Origin: a virus
Taxonomy: Duplodnaviria; Caudoviricetes
DNA length: 44,406 nt
Reading direction: 5' to 3' (one strand)
IMG/VR virus record: IMGVR_UViG_3300031965_000059
Coordinates: 1 to 44,406 of that record
The position numbers and the translations under genes were made by a program. The notes beneath the pieces are model-generated. The model did no database searches. It saw only the letters and a list, made by a program, of their open reading frames with translations, and had not been told where the DNA came from. Within the stretch, counting starts at the first letter, position 1; every line of letters begins with the position of its first letter. Positions 35,057-43,092 of the stretch are shown in pieces.

Positions 35057-35899
35057 ATTCCTACGCGGCCTGATGAGCCGTGGCGGGATCGCTTCCGGCT
35101 CTACGAGGTCTCGCAAGGACGCGCCCGCTCCACCGCCCGCGCCTACGTCTACGACGCCGCGCTCTACCGCCGCTGGTGCTTCGCCCACGGCCTCGACCCC
35201 GATCATGCCTCCCGCGATGATCTCATGGCCTACCTCGACGAGCACCGCGCCCGCTACACGCAGGCGTCCGTCGTCCGCCGCCTCGCCGCGATTCGCGCCT
35301 ACTACGCCTGGCTCGGAGGGCACGATCCCAGCGTGGGCATTCGCCTGCACCAGCCCACCGATCCTGTGCAGGCCCCGTTCTCCGAAGATGACCTCCGGCT
35401 GATCCTCGCCGCCTGCCGCCGGGTCCAGGACCGGGCGCTCGTCCAGGTGCTGATCGACACCGGCCTCCGCCTCGGCGAGCTCGTGTCCTTCCGACTGCGC
35501 GATGTCGACTGGGGAGCGGGCAGGCTCAGGGTGCGCGGGAAGGGGGACAAGGTGCGATTGCTGGCGTTGGGCGATCAGTCGCAGGCAGCGCTCCGGCTCA
35601 GCATGGACGGACGCGACTACCCCTGGTACTCGCAGCGCCGCCACGGTCCCCTCACCGGCGACGGCGTGTACCGCCTGATGCGCCGGCTAGCCGCCCGCAC
35701 TGGGCTCCACGTCCACCCCCACCGCTTCCGCACGACGTTCGCGTGCCGGTTCCTCGAACGGTCGAACGGTGACGTGGAATCGCTGCAGGTGCTGCTGGGC
35801 CACAGCAAGCTCGAGACCACGCTGCGGTACACGCGCTGGGGCCGTGTCGAGCGCGCCCTCGCCCAGCAGCGCCGCGTCGCACTAGGCGACAAGCTCTAA
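35057..35899 (+). CDS. Tyrosine recombinase 2 (XerD-like), probable ATT start
   Basis: TGLRLGE, GKGDK, HPHRFRTT, LLGHS and LRY motifs; the open frame from 35057 encodes the first SAM-domain helices (GRARSTARAYVYD...) upstream of the first ATG; GGAGGT SD at 35041. Confidence 0.9.
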   Translation: MPTRPDEPWRDRFRLYEVSQGRARSTARAYVYDAALYRRWCFAHGLDPDHASRDDLMAYLDEHRARYTQASVVRRLAAIRAYYAWLGGHDPSVGIRLHQPTDPVQAPFSEDDLRLILAACRRVQDRALVQVLIDTGLRLGELVSFRLRDVDWGAGRLRVRGKGDKVRLLALGDQSQAALRLSMDGRDYPWYSQRRHGPLTGDGVYRLMRRLAARTGLHVHPHRFRTTFACRFLERSNGDVESLQVLLGHSKLETTLRYTRWGRVERALAQQRRVALGDKL

Positions 35900-35907
35900 C
35901 GCCCGTG

Positions 35908-35947
35908 GATTTCGATCTGAGGGCCTTAGAATGCCGGTTCCGCCGGA
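35908..35947 (+). repeat. 40-bp conserved motif, copy B (8 nt downstream of the recombinase 2 stop)
   Basis: GATTTCGATCTGAGGGCCTTAGAATGCCGGTTCCGCCGGA; inverted relative to copy A. Confidence 0.8.
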
Positions 35948-36066
35948 GGCGGCTCCGCGATCAGTAGCATCTGCCAGCCGCAGGGACAGGCGTAAGTGCC
36001 GGGCACAGGGTAGCGCCGTTCGTAGCCGCAGTTGCGGCGCGAGCAGCGGTATAGATAGTCGGGCAT
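35926..36066 (-). CDS. Small Zn-ribbon protein (46 aa), last late gene
   Basis: MPDYLYRCSRRNCG...CPCG; starts 2 nt after the endolysin stop. Confidence 0.55.
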   Translation of the reverse strand: MPDYLYRCSRRNCGYERRYPVPGTYACPCGWQMLLIAEPPPAEPAF

Positions 36067-36068
36067 CC

Positions 36069-36920
36069 TTAGAGAATCGCTGGCCCATCCGGGATCGCGA
36101 GGAACGTCTTGGCCGCCTCGCCCGTCAGGGCGATGGCTTCCTTCGGCAGCAGCCCCGCGTCCTGCCGCTTCCTGAGCGTGGTCCCGTTGAAGACGTAGTG
36201 CTTGACGATGCCGTTCGCGACGTAGACGAAGTAGCCGATGGGCCGTCGTACTCCGTAGAGCTTCATCTCGTGTTCCTCCACTGGCTGCGGCAGCTCGTGC
36301 GTGAGCCGCGGCAGGATCTCGTACAGGTACCGGCCGGGACAGGCCGTCGCGTTCAGGCCCGAGAACCGCGAGTAGTCCCGGTGGCCGCACACGGCCTGGC
36401 CGCAGACCGTCGCGGTCCCGATGTTCGGGAAGACGCTCTTCAGGTGCGCGCCCCACGCCTGCAGCGCCGGCAGCCACGACGTCAGGTCGATCGGGAGCTC
36501 GAAGTTGCCCTGCAGCGCCGTCGCGATCCCCGACACGTTGAAGTAGTTGTATGGGTAGGGCTGGCGGCCGTCCTCGCCCGCGGTGTGCGCGCCGGACCGG
36601 TCGTACCCGCGGCCTTCGCAGAACGCGATGGCGCTGCCCGGCATGAGGAACCCGACGAAGTTGTACGGGGTGTCCGCGCCCAGGTCGGGGCGGATGTTCT
36701 GCAAGCGCTGCGCGCCGGCCTTTACCTCGTCGGCGCTCTCCCAGACGCTCTTCGTGACGTCGGTGTCGACGACGACGGTGTGGTGCCGCATGTCGTAGAC
36801 GCGGCGCTCGCGCGGGATCAGCGCGTAGCCAGCCTCCGGGCCACCGAGCCGCGGCAGGTCAGCTCGCGCGCCCCAGTCTTCGCGTTCGAGCAGCACGACG
36901 TTAGGAGCGATCTGTTTCAT
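36069..36920 (-). CDS. Endolysin, N-acetylmuramoyl-L-alanine amidase (Amidase_2/PGRP type)
   Basis: REDWGA, HHT, YNF, EGRG, GAHT, GNF, GHRD and TACPG motifs; GGAGG SD before ATG 36920. Confidence 0.9.
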   Translation of the reverse strand: MKQIAPNVVLLEREDWGARADLPRLGGPEAGYALIPRERRVYDMRHHTVVVDTDVTKSVWESADEVKAGAQRLQNIRPDLGADTPYNFVGFLMPGSAIAFCEGRGYDRSGAHTAGEDGRQPYPYNYFNVSGIATALQGNFELPIDLTSWLPALQAWGAHLKSVFPNIGTATVCGQAVCGHRDYSRFSGLNATACPGRYLYEILPRLTHELPQPVEEHEMKLYGVRRPIGYFVYVANGIVKHYVFNGTTLRKRQDAGLLPKEAIALTGEAAKTFLAIPDGPAIL

Positions 36921-37000
36921 GTCAGGGCCACCTCCAACGCCCAAAGCAGTAGGCAGTGCGCCTCCAAGAGCATCAGCCCAACGAAGACGCAGGCGGGCAT
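36917..37000 (-). CDS. 27-aa hydrophobic peptide
   Basis: MPACVFVGLMLLEAHCLLLWALEVALT; TGATG and ATGA coupling on the two sides. Confidence 0.45.
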   Translation of the reverse strand: MPACVFVGLMLLEAHCLLLWALEVALT

Positions 37001-37242
37001 CACGCAGGCTCCGGCGTCCGGCGCCACGACTCCGCGAGCCGCTGCGCGGGGTCGACCTCCGACGCGATGAACGGCTCCGCGTCGTTGTGCTCCCTGATCT
37101 GCCCGAAGTGCCGCTGCATCGCGGGCTGGTCCAGCGGCGTGAGCTCCAGCCCCTTCGCGCAGAGGTCGTCGATGTCCCGCATGTGCTGCTCGATGGCGTC
37201 GAGAATCCCACCGATCGCTTCGCCCTGTTCCTGTGTTGCCAT
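37000..37242 (-). CDS. Hypothetical protein (80 aa)
   Basis: AAAGGA SD; acidic and helical. Confidence 0.6.
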   Translation of the reverse strand: MATQEQGEAIGGILDAIEQHMRDIDDLCAKGLELTPLDQPAMQRHFGQIREHNDAEPFIASEVDPAQRLAESWRRTPEPA

Positions 37243-37275
37243 GTCCGTGTCCTTTCGCTATGCCGCGCGGGGCTT

Positions 37276-37491
37276 CTATCTGGGCCGGTCGGCGTAGCCC
37301 TCGACGCCCAGTCGCATCAGGAGTGCGCCGACGAACGGCGTCATGCCGGCGAGCACGATCTGCTTGGCATCGTCGGTCTGCGACCAGGTGGTGAGCGCCG
37401 CCGCCGCGCCCACCAGGATCGCGGTGAGCAACGCCCGGCCCGCTGCCACCTGCCAGGATGTGCCGGTAACGAGGTACTTGCTAGTCTCCAT
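37276..37491 (-). CDS. Holin-like two-TM protein
   Basis: Two hydrophobic segments and a charged C-terminus; upstream of the endolysin; GGAGG SD. Confidence 0.65.
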   Translation of the reverse strand: METSKYLVTGTSWQVAAGRALLTAILVGAAAALTTWSQTDDAKQIVLAGMTPFVGALLMRLGVEGYADRPR

Positions 37492-37804
37492 TGCCGTTCC
37501 TCCGTCTGAATATCCAGGCTAGGTCTACGATCTGCGCGCCGAACACGCCGCCCATGATGGCGGCCCGGACGAGCACGGCCTGCTCCGATGTGAGCGCATC
37601 ATCCTGCACGTAGCGCAGCACGGTAGCGGCGTACACGCCCGATGCGGCGATGGCGTGAGCGAGCCGGAAGCCCAGCATCCACCACGCCACCGGCGGCCGC
37701 GGCGACGGCAGCCGGCCGTACTCCCGTACCCACCAGGCGAGTGCCGAGAGCCCGACAACGGGACCCGGCCAGTAGGTCAGCAGCTCAATGGTCAGGGCGT
37801 CCAT
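37481..37804 (-). CDS. Three-TM membrane protein (holin/antiholin candidate)
   Basis: Three hydrophobic segments and a basic tail; in the lysis cluster. Confidence 0.55.
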   Translation of the reverse strand: MDALTIELLTYWPGPVVGLSALAWWVREYGRLPSPRPPVAWWMLGFRLAHAIAASGVYAATVLRYVQDDALTSEQAVLVRAAIMGGVFGAQIVDLAWIFRRRNGNGD

Positions 37805-37952
37805 GCGTTTCCCTTCTAGGTAGCCGTTCGAATTCGTTCAGCTCCTGCCACAGCGCCCGCAGCCGCAGGTCACTGGAGCGTTCGTGCTCGGGGTCGTCGC
37901 CGGTGCGCCTCAGATGCCAGATGCGGACGATGACCATCAATAGCGAGATCAT
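37785..37952 (-). CDS. Small protein with hydrophobic N-terminus (55 aa)
   Basis: ATGA-coupled; MISLLMVIVRIWHLRR...; below the ORF-track cutoff. Confidence 0.45.
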   Translation of the reverse strand: MISLLMVIVRIWHLRRTGDDPEHERSSDLRLRALWQELNEFERLPRRETHGRPDH

Positions 37953-38104
37953 GACTTTCTCCGCGCGAGCTGCTCTATCGCGTCCGCCAGCCGGTCGATC
38001 TTCCGGCCCAGGGTGTCGAGCACCATCTGGAAGGCGCGTAGGAACACGAACGAAACGAGCGCCAGTGCGGGCACCTGGATCGCGACTTGCAAGATGGCCT
38101 CCAT
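37949..38104 (-). CDS. Single-TM plus coiled-coil protein (51 aa; holin-like)
   Basis: MEAILQVAIQVPALALVSFVFLRAF...KIDRLADAIEQL; below the ORF-track cutoff. Confidence 0.6.
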   Translation of the reverse strand: MEAILQVAIQVPALALVSFVFLRAFQMVLDTLGRKIDRLADAIEQLARRKS

Positions 38105-38146
38105 TAGGTCACGGTGTCCCCTACGCTAACTGCTTCCGTTCCCGGC

Positions 38147-38761
38147 TCACACGAACCTGCCCCTGCGCCGCTGGCCCGTCGGAGCCGTGTAGTCCACCGT
38201 GACCTTCGGCTCCGCGCTGCCTCCGTCGTATTCCTGGGAGCGCATGGAGCCACCTCTGCTAGAGCCGCTGGAGGACTCGTCGGACAGGAACAGGATGAGC
38301 GAGAGGATGCCGGAGCGGTTGTCGATGGCGTCCTGGGCTATCGTGACGAAGTTCGCGCTTGTGGGGATTGTCCAGGTGCCCGTGCCCGATGGGAACGTGC
38401 CGGTAACGGTGACGGTCAAGTCCCTGTCACCGCCCGCGTTCGTCCAGTTGTTCGTCCCGTCGTACTTGAGCCAGGTGACGCCCATCTCCGTCCATGTGGC
38501 GGGGCGAGTGCAGCGTTGGAGTTTGACAGCAGCGGAGGCATCCACGCCCCACACTTCTAAGGCGAGCGAAATGCTGTTGATGGTGGAGCCAGCAGGGATG
38601 GAGGAGAGGTCGAAGTTGAAGATGGTGCGTTCCCACTGAACCTTGAACCCTCCCACCATGATGAGGCGACAGGCTAGGCCCAGATCCGTGCCGTAGTTCG
38701 TCGTCGTCGCCTGGCCGGAGATGTACGAGTCTATCGAGGCGGCTTGGACAAGCGTGCTCAC
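38147..38761 (-). CDS. DNRLRE (CBM96-like) domain virion protein
   Basis: DSYI...TTNYG, R.IFNFDLSSIPAGSTI, WTE.GVTW, W..AGGD and SQE...PK motifs. Confidence 0.75.
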   Translation of the reverse strand: MSTLVQAASIDSYISGQATTTNYGTDLGLACRLIMVGGFKVQWERTIFNFDLSSIPAGSTINSISLALEVWGVDASAAVKLQRCTRPATWTEMGVTWLKYDGTNNWTNAGGDRDLTVTVTGTFPSGTGTWTIPTSANFVTIAQDAIDNRSGILSLILFLSDESSSGSSRGGSMRSQEYDGGSAEPKVTVDYTAPTGQRRRGRFV

Positions 38762-39183
38762 CTGAACCGCTCCAATGCTGCGATGAACTCAGCCAGGTCT
38801 ACCTCGAAGCGGTACTCCCCCACGCTGCCAGTGTCGAGGTTCGTCCCGTGCTCGGTGGTGGTGATGACCTTCCCGTGGTCACGCCGCAAGAGGTCGGCCA
38901 TGCGCTTGTCCGAAGACCAGGCGTAGCCACGCTTGTAGCCGTCTGCGAGCAGGGCTTCGGCGACGCCGAGGATCAGCTGGTAGAACAGCCGCCGGTTCTC
39001 GACGCGCGTGTACACCTCCCCCATGTAGGGGATGCCCGCCTGTGGCACCGCGAACAGCGCGTAGCCGTCGCTAGCACCTGTGTCGGCGACGATAGCGCGG
39101 AGCTTGCCCGCGTCCAGCGGGTCGGCCTGGACGCCACGGGCCTTGAGGGCTGGGATGTCGGTGGGCGTGGCTGGGCGGGTCAC
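38758..39183 (-). CDS. GNAT-fold-like protein
   Basis: RPATPTDIPAL N-terminus and a GNAT-like pattern; podoviruses often carry one in the tail module. Confidence 0.4.
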   Translation of the reverse strand: MTRPATPTDIPALKARGVQADPLDAGKLRAIVADTGASDGYALFAVPQAGIPYMGEVYTRVENRRLFYQLILGVAEALLADGYKRGYAWSSDKRMADLLRRDHGKVITTTEHGTNLDTGSVGEYRFEVDLAEFIAALERFR

Positions 39184-39407
39184 GCTGAATCTCCATCACC
39201 TTCCAGGCCCGCTTCCACGGCTGTCTCGTCGTATGCAAGCCCAACGGGCTCCTCCGCCTCGTTCCACACCACGGCGACATGAACGGGCTGCGCGAAGACC
39301 GCCTTGTGCCTATCCAGTTCACCGACCGGGTGCCCCTTCTCCTTTGTGCATCGGATCGGCTCGCCGTCTCGCCTTAGCGTCGGAGCCGTGGCTTGGCATC
39401 GGTCCAT
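39180..39407 (-). CDS. Hypothetical protein (75 aa)
   Basis: GAGG SD; C...C...GH...H...W motif. Confidence 0.5.
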   Translation of the reverse strand: MDRCQATAPTLRRDGEPIRCTKEKGHPVGELDRHKAVFAQPVHVAVVWNEAEEPVGLAYDETAVEAGLEGDGDSA

Positions 39408-39418
39408 CTTCAGCCTCT

Positions 39419-40630
39419 CTATCCTGCCGCGCGCCGGAAGTGGAGCGTCGTGGTCGCGTCTTTCGGGGTACCAACGATCGTGCCGTAATTCGTGCGGATC
39501 AGCCTCGACGCCGGGATGGTGGCGTTCGTCATCGAGCTCGTGGAGGACGACTTCTCAGAGGAGAGCGTCAACGTCGCGATCGTCGTCCAGGTCGCGACCG
39601 TGTCGAGATCGTTCGTGTCGCCGTACTCCCAGGTAACGGGCAGGCCGGAGGCACCTGGCGCTGTCTGGGCGTCAACCCTGAGGATGAACGCGGTCTCTGC
39701 CTTCGGTCCGCTGTGAAGGATGTCCCCTTGGGCGTTCCCCGCAACGACCGTTGCGCCCGGAGCAGCGTTCGGCGCGTTGACGTACCGGCTCTCGACCTTC
39801 AGCAGATTGACGCTGCGGAAGAACTCGAACCAGCTATTACCGTTGAACCAAAAGAGGATCCATGACGCGCCAACGAGATTCAGATCCAAAGCGTCCATCA
39901 TGAAGAACTGGTTAGCAGAGACGCCATGCTTGATCGTGATCGTGTCGCCTGTGTCCGCGGTCAGGAGACAGAACTCACCCGTAGCGCCGCCCGACATCGA
40001 CACGAGGTCGTCGGTCGTGCCGGTCTCAGCCGCGATGGCGTGCAGCGGGCCGGTCTGCGCTACCACCCCGCCACTGATCGTCAGTAGGACGAACGAGCCG
40101 GTGTTGAACGGGTTGGGGGAGTCCGACCCGCCGCCGAACGCGTTCCAGTTCACGCCGTCCGACCAGTACCAGCCCGCCGGCGAGTTCTCGTCGTAGACGA
40201 TGACGCCGCGCCCTACGGAGCGCGCCAGCGGCCGCGGCGCACCGGCGACGATCCACAGGTGCCGCCAGGCCCTGCGCTCGCTCCCTGTCGGGTCAGCGAG
40301 CGAGCCGTCGATCCACCTTCCGAAGTCGGCAAGGCCGCGCTCGTTCGGCTCCTGGCGAACGGGTCGGGCCGCCGGCTTGGGCGAAACCAGTACTCCATCC
40401 CTTCCCGGAGGGCCGGGCGGTCCTGGTGGCCCCGGCGTTCCCCGGTACTCCTCGAGCAGCTCGCGGATGATCTGCACACGGTTGGCCGCGGCCGGTTTCG
40501 CCAGCAGCAGATCGCCCTTGGGGACGGGAGTAAACAGGTTCGTCAGAATCTGGAGCAGAGCGCCATCGGCGGGCGCCTCGTCCTCGTCGTCCAAGCCCTG
40601 AAGCGGCGGCGGCAGTTCCCCGCCAGCCAT
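39419..40630 (-). CDS. Tail fibre/spike-like protein with short collagen repeat
   Basis: GTPGPPGPPGPPGRDG; WYWSDGVNW; TDDLVSMSGG...L.ADTGDTITIKHG beta-rich domains. Confidence 0.6.
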   Translation of the reverse strand: MAGGELPPPLQGLDDEDEAPADGALLQILTNLFTPVPKGDLLLAKPAAANRVQIIRELLEEYRGTPGPPGPPGPPGRDGVLVSPKPAARPVRQEPNERGLADFGRWIDGSLADPTGSERRAWRHLWIVAGAPRPLARSVGRGVIVYDENSPAGWYWSDGVNWNAFGGGSDSPNPFNTGSFVLLTISGGVVAQTGPLHAIAAETGTTDDLVSMSGGATGEFCLLTADTGDTITIKHGVSANQFFMMDALDLNLVGASWILFWFNGNSWFEFFRSVNLLKVESRYVNAPNAAPGATVVAGNAQGDILHSGPKAETAFILRVDAQTAPGASGLPVTWEYGDTNDLDTVATWTTIATLTLSSEKSSSTSSMTNATIPASRLIRTNYGTIVGTPKDATTTLHFRRAAG

Positions 40631-43089
40631 CAGAGCACCCGCATCACGACGCTGATGATGGACGCCGGCCGCTCCCGCCCGGTCGCTGGAGCGCGGTCAG
40701 CCGCCTCTACCTGCTCGACGTGAACGGTGTAGGAGGTGCTCGACTCCAGGAGCTCGAGGGTGACGTTGGTGCCCTGCAGCGCCTTCAGGGTGTTGAAGAT
40801 GCCGAGCCGGTCTGTCGTCGCCATGCCGCCGCGGACGTAGCCGCCGCGCGCGTCGACCTCGATCTCGATGCGACGTCCCGCCTCCGGCTCCTCGATGTAG
40901 TCGACGAACAGCGGCAGGAGAACGACGGGCCAGGATGGCGAGACCGCAGGGTAGACCGCTACCGTGAGGGCTTTCGAGTTCGAAGCGGGGCCCGTGAAGG
41001 GCACCGGGTTCTCACTGCTTGCGAACAGGTTCCTGATGGCCGTAGCGCAGTCGTGAGAGCCATTCGCTCTGGCGAACGAGCTGTAACCGCCGGGCGCAGC
41101 CGTGATCTCCCCGCTCTCAGCGCCCGCGACTGCGATCCACAGGTAGGGCTTCGGCCCACCTACGGGTACCAGGTTGGGCGGGTCTACTCCATCGGCGAAG
41201 CCAGCAACTACTGGGGCCGTCACGGCGGGATCGGCCATTCCCGAGATGCGCATGGCCACGTGCGCTGACGCCTCGTTGCCATTGATCGTCACTGTGATGC
41301 TGGCGCCTTCGCTGCCAGTCGCCTTTCGATAGGCGCAGGAGAGATCGTTGACTCCTGTATTCAGTTCCGTCCAGCCTGCCGGGAAGGTCACGTCGTCCGG
41401 CGCGAAGAAGAAGACGAGCAGGAGGTTGCCCGATACGATTCCCGACGGGAGATCGACAACTGAGGAGCCGTCAATCGTGTTGTCAAAGGAAGTGGCGGAC
41501 GCCTCTACCACCGGGAACGTCGCCCCGCTCAGCACGCTGTCGATCTTCAGCCCGAGCGCGCGTCCGATCGGCTGGTTCTCGCTCCCCACGAACGGCCCCG
41601 CCGCCTGCACGTTGTCGATCAGGGCGGCGTCGCCCGCGTTGTCAACGTTCGCCAGGATGCGCAGCTTGTCAGCGCCGGAAAGCGCGCTCTCCAGCCAGCC
41701 ACGCACCTGCAGGAAGATCTTCCGGCCCGGCGACGGCCCGTAGGTCTGGCTCAGCTGAATCGTGCCCGACTGCTGCGACAACGGTGCGCCGCCGTAGGGC
41801 GGCGGCAGGTCCAGCAGCCGCACTCTGCCTGCGGTCGTGTTCCCGCTCAGCATGTAGGTGCGCCCGTTCGCGAGCGACTCCATCGCGCGCATCACCGACG
41901 AGCCGTCCCAGTTACCCAGCGAGAAGTCGTGCAGCTCGTTGTAGAACGTGCCCTCTGGGTACTTCCTCATCACCAGGACGAACGGGGCGCTGCCGCTCGC
42001 GTCTGCAACCCTGTTCTTCGTTCCCACCAGCAGGTCGGGGCCGTAGGGCGTGACGCAGCTCGGCTCCATCGCCGATTGACCGAGGCCCGTCTGGATGTTG
42101 ATCGGCGAGATGTCCCGGAGCGCCGCGCCTGAGAGCGACAGCGCGATCAGGCCGCGCGCGCCCGGCACGACGAGCTGCTCCCCCCACATCCGTGCGCCCA
42201 CGCCGAAGCTACGATCAGCCAGAGACAGGCTGCCCGCCGGCACCAGCGCACGCATGTCGCCCTCGCTGACGGCGACGATCTCGCCGTGGTGCCCGAAGAC
42301 GAGTAGCCACCTTCCGAGAGGATAGATGGCGTTCGGCTGCGGCTCGTTCTTCTCGACCGTCACGTCGATGAAAGACGACTCCGGAGTAGCGTCGTCGGTG
42401 TCGGTGTACTTGATCTTCCACGTCACCGAGCCGTCGATGGTCGCCGCGGTCGCCACCTGCTCTAGACACCAAAGCCAGGTGTGAACGGAGAAGAACAGCG
42501 AGCCTTTCGCGTCGGTCCCACCGTTCTCCGTCGTCCAGATATCCGCAGAGGCGTCGTACTCCACGTGGCCGCTGGAGACGCCCGCGTTGGTCTCCAGGCC
42601 GATGAACCACTTGCCCCGGTAGAAGGCTGCCGGCCCGCGCATGTTGTCCGTCGTGGTGTGGACGACCGTTCCCGTCAGCGCCCCGCCGGCGAACTTGATG
42701 ATCTTGTTCGGCATGACGAAGAACACGCCGAGCGGCGTCTGGAAGGACGTCGCGTAGATGAACGAGTTGAGCACTTCCCGCGCCACCGGCCCGGTGTCGG
42801 CCACCCCGCCGATCAGGAGATCGCCGATGCTCTCCGCCCCGAAGGACTCGATCCGCCCCGGTCGCATCGCGGAGAAGAACGACGAGCGCTGGTAGACGTC
42901 CCCGTTCGGCGAGAACGTTGGGCCGATGCCGTGGTGGAGCTCGTCGAAGACGATCGTCCCCACGCCGCCGCGGTTCCCCGGCTCGTCCGGCGCGTCAAGG
43001 AAGCGGAGCTGCGGGATACGGTTCGCGTCCCGCATGAGCTTGTAGTTGGCACCGGCGATCTGGACGTCGTAGCCCTGCGTATCTGGCAT
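40630..43089 (-). CDS. Tail hub/nozzle protein (beta-propeller type)
   Basis: 819 aa, beta-rich, directly after the adaptor; inserted Ser/Thr/Gly domain (LPSGIVSGNLLLVF, PAGWT). Confidence 0.55.
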   Translation of the reverse strand: MPDTQGYDVQIAGANYKLMRDANRIPQLRFLDAPDEPGNRGGVGTIVFDELHHGIGPTFSPNGDVYQRSSFFSAMRPGRIESFGAESIGDLLIGGVADTGPVAREVLNSFIYATSFQTPLGVFFVMPNKIIKFAGGALTGTVVHTTTDNMRGPAAFYRGKWFIGLETNAGVSSGHVEYDASADIWTTENGGTDAKGSLFFSVHTWLWCLEQVATAATIDGSVTWKIKYTDTDDATPESSFIDVTVEKNEPQPNAIYPLGRWLLVFGHHGEIVAVSEGDMRALVPAGSLSLADRSFGVGARMWGEQLVVPGARGLIALSLSGAALRDISPINIQTGLGQSAMEPSCVTPYGPDLLVGTKNRVADASGSAPFVLVMRKYPEGTFYNELHDFSLGNWDGSSVMRAMESLANGRTYMLSGNTTAGRVRLLDLPPPYGGAPLSQQSGTIQLSQTYGPSPGRKIFLQVRGWLESALSGADKLRILANVDNAGDAALIDNVQAAGPFVGSENQPIGRALGLKIDSVLSGATFPVVEASATSFDNTIDGSSVVDLPSGIVSGNLLLVFFFAPDDVTFPAGWTELNTGVNDLSCAYRKATGSEGASITVTINGNEASAHVAMRISGMADPAVTAPVVAGFADGVDPPNLVPVGGPKPYLWIAVAGAESGEITAAPGGYSSFARANGSHDCATAIRNLFASSENPVPFTGPASNSKALTVAVYPAVSPSWPVVLLPLFVDYIEEPEAGRRIEIEVDARGGYVRGGMATTDRLGIFNTLKALQGTNVTLELLESSTSYTVHVEQVEAADRAPATGRERPASIISVVMRVL

Positions 43090-43092
43090 CGT

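Noticed and set aside
38147-43089. Diversity-generating retroelement or tail-fibre shufflon (BPP-1-like capsid, extra recombinase)
   Set aside because: No reverse transcriptase, no template/variable repeat pair and no inverted cassettes were seen in the tail genes.
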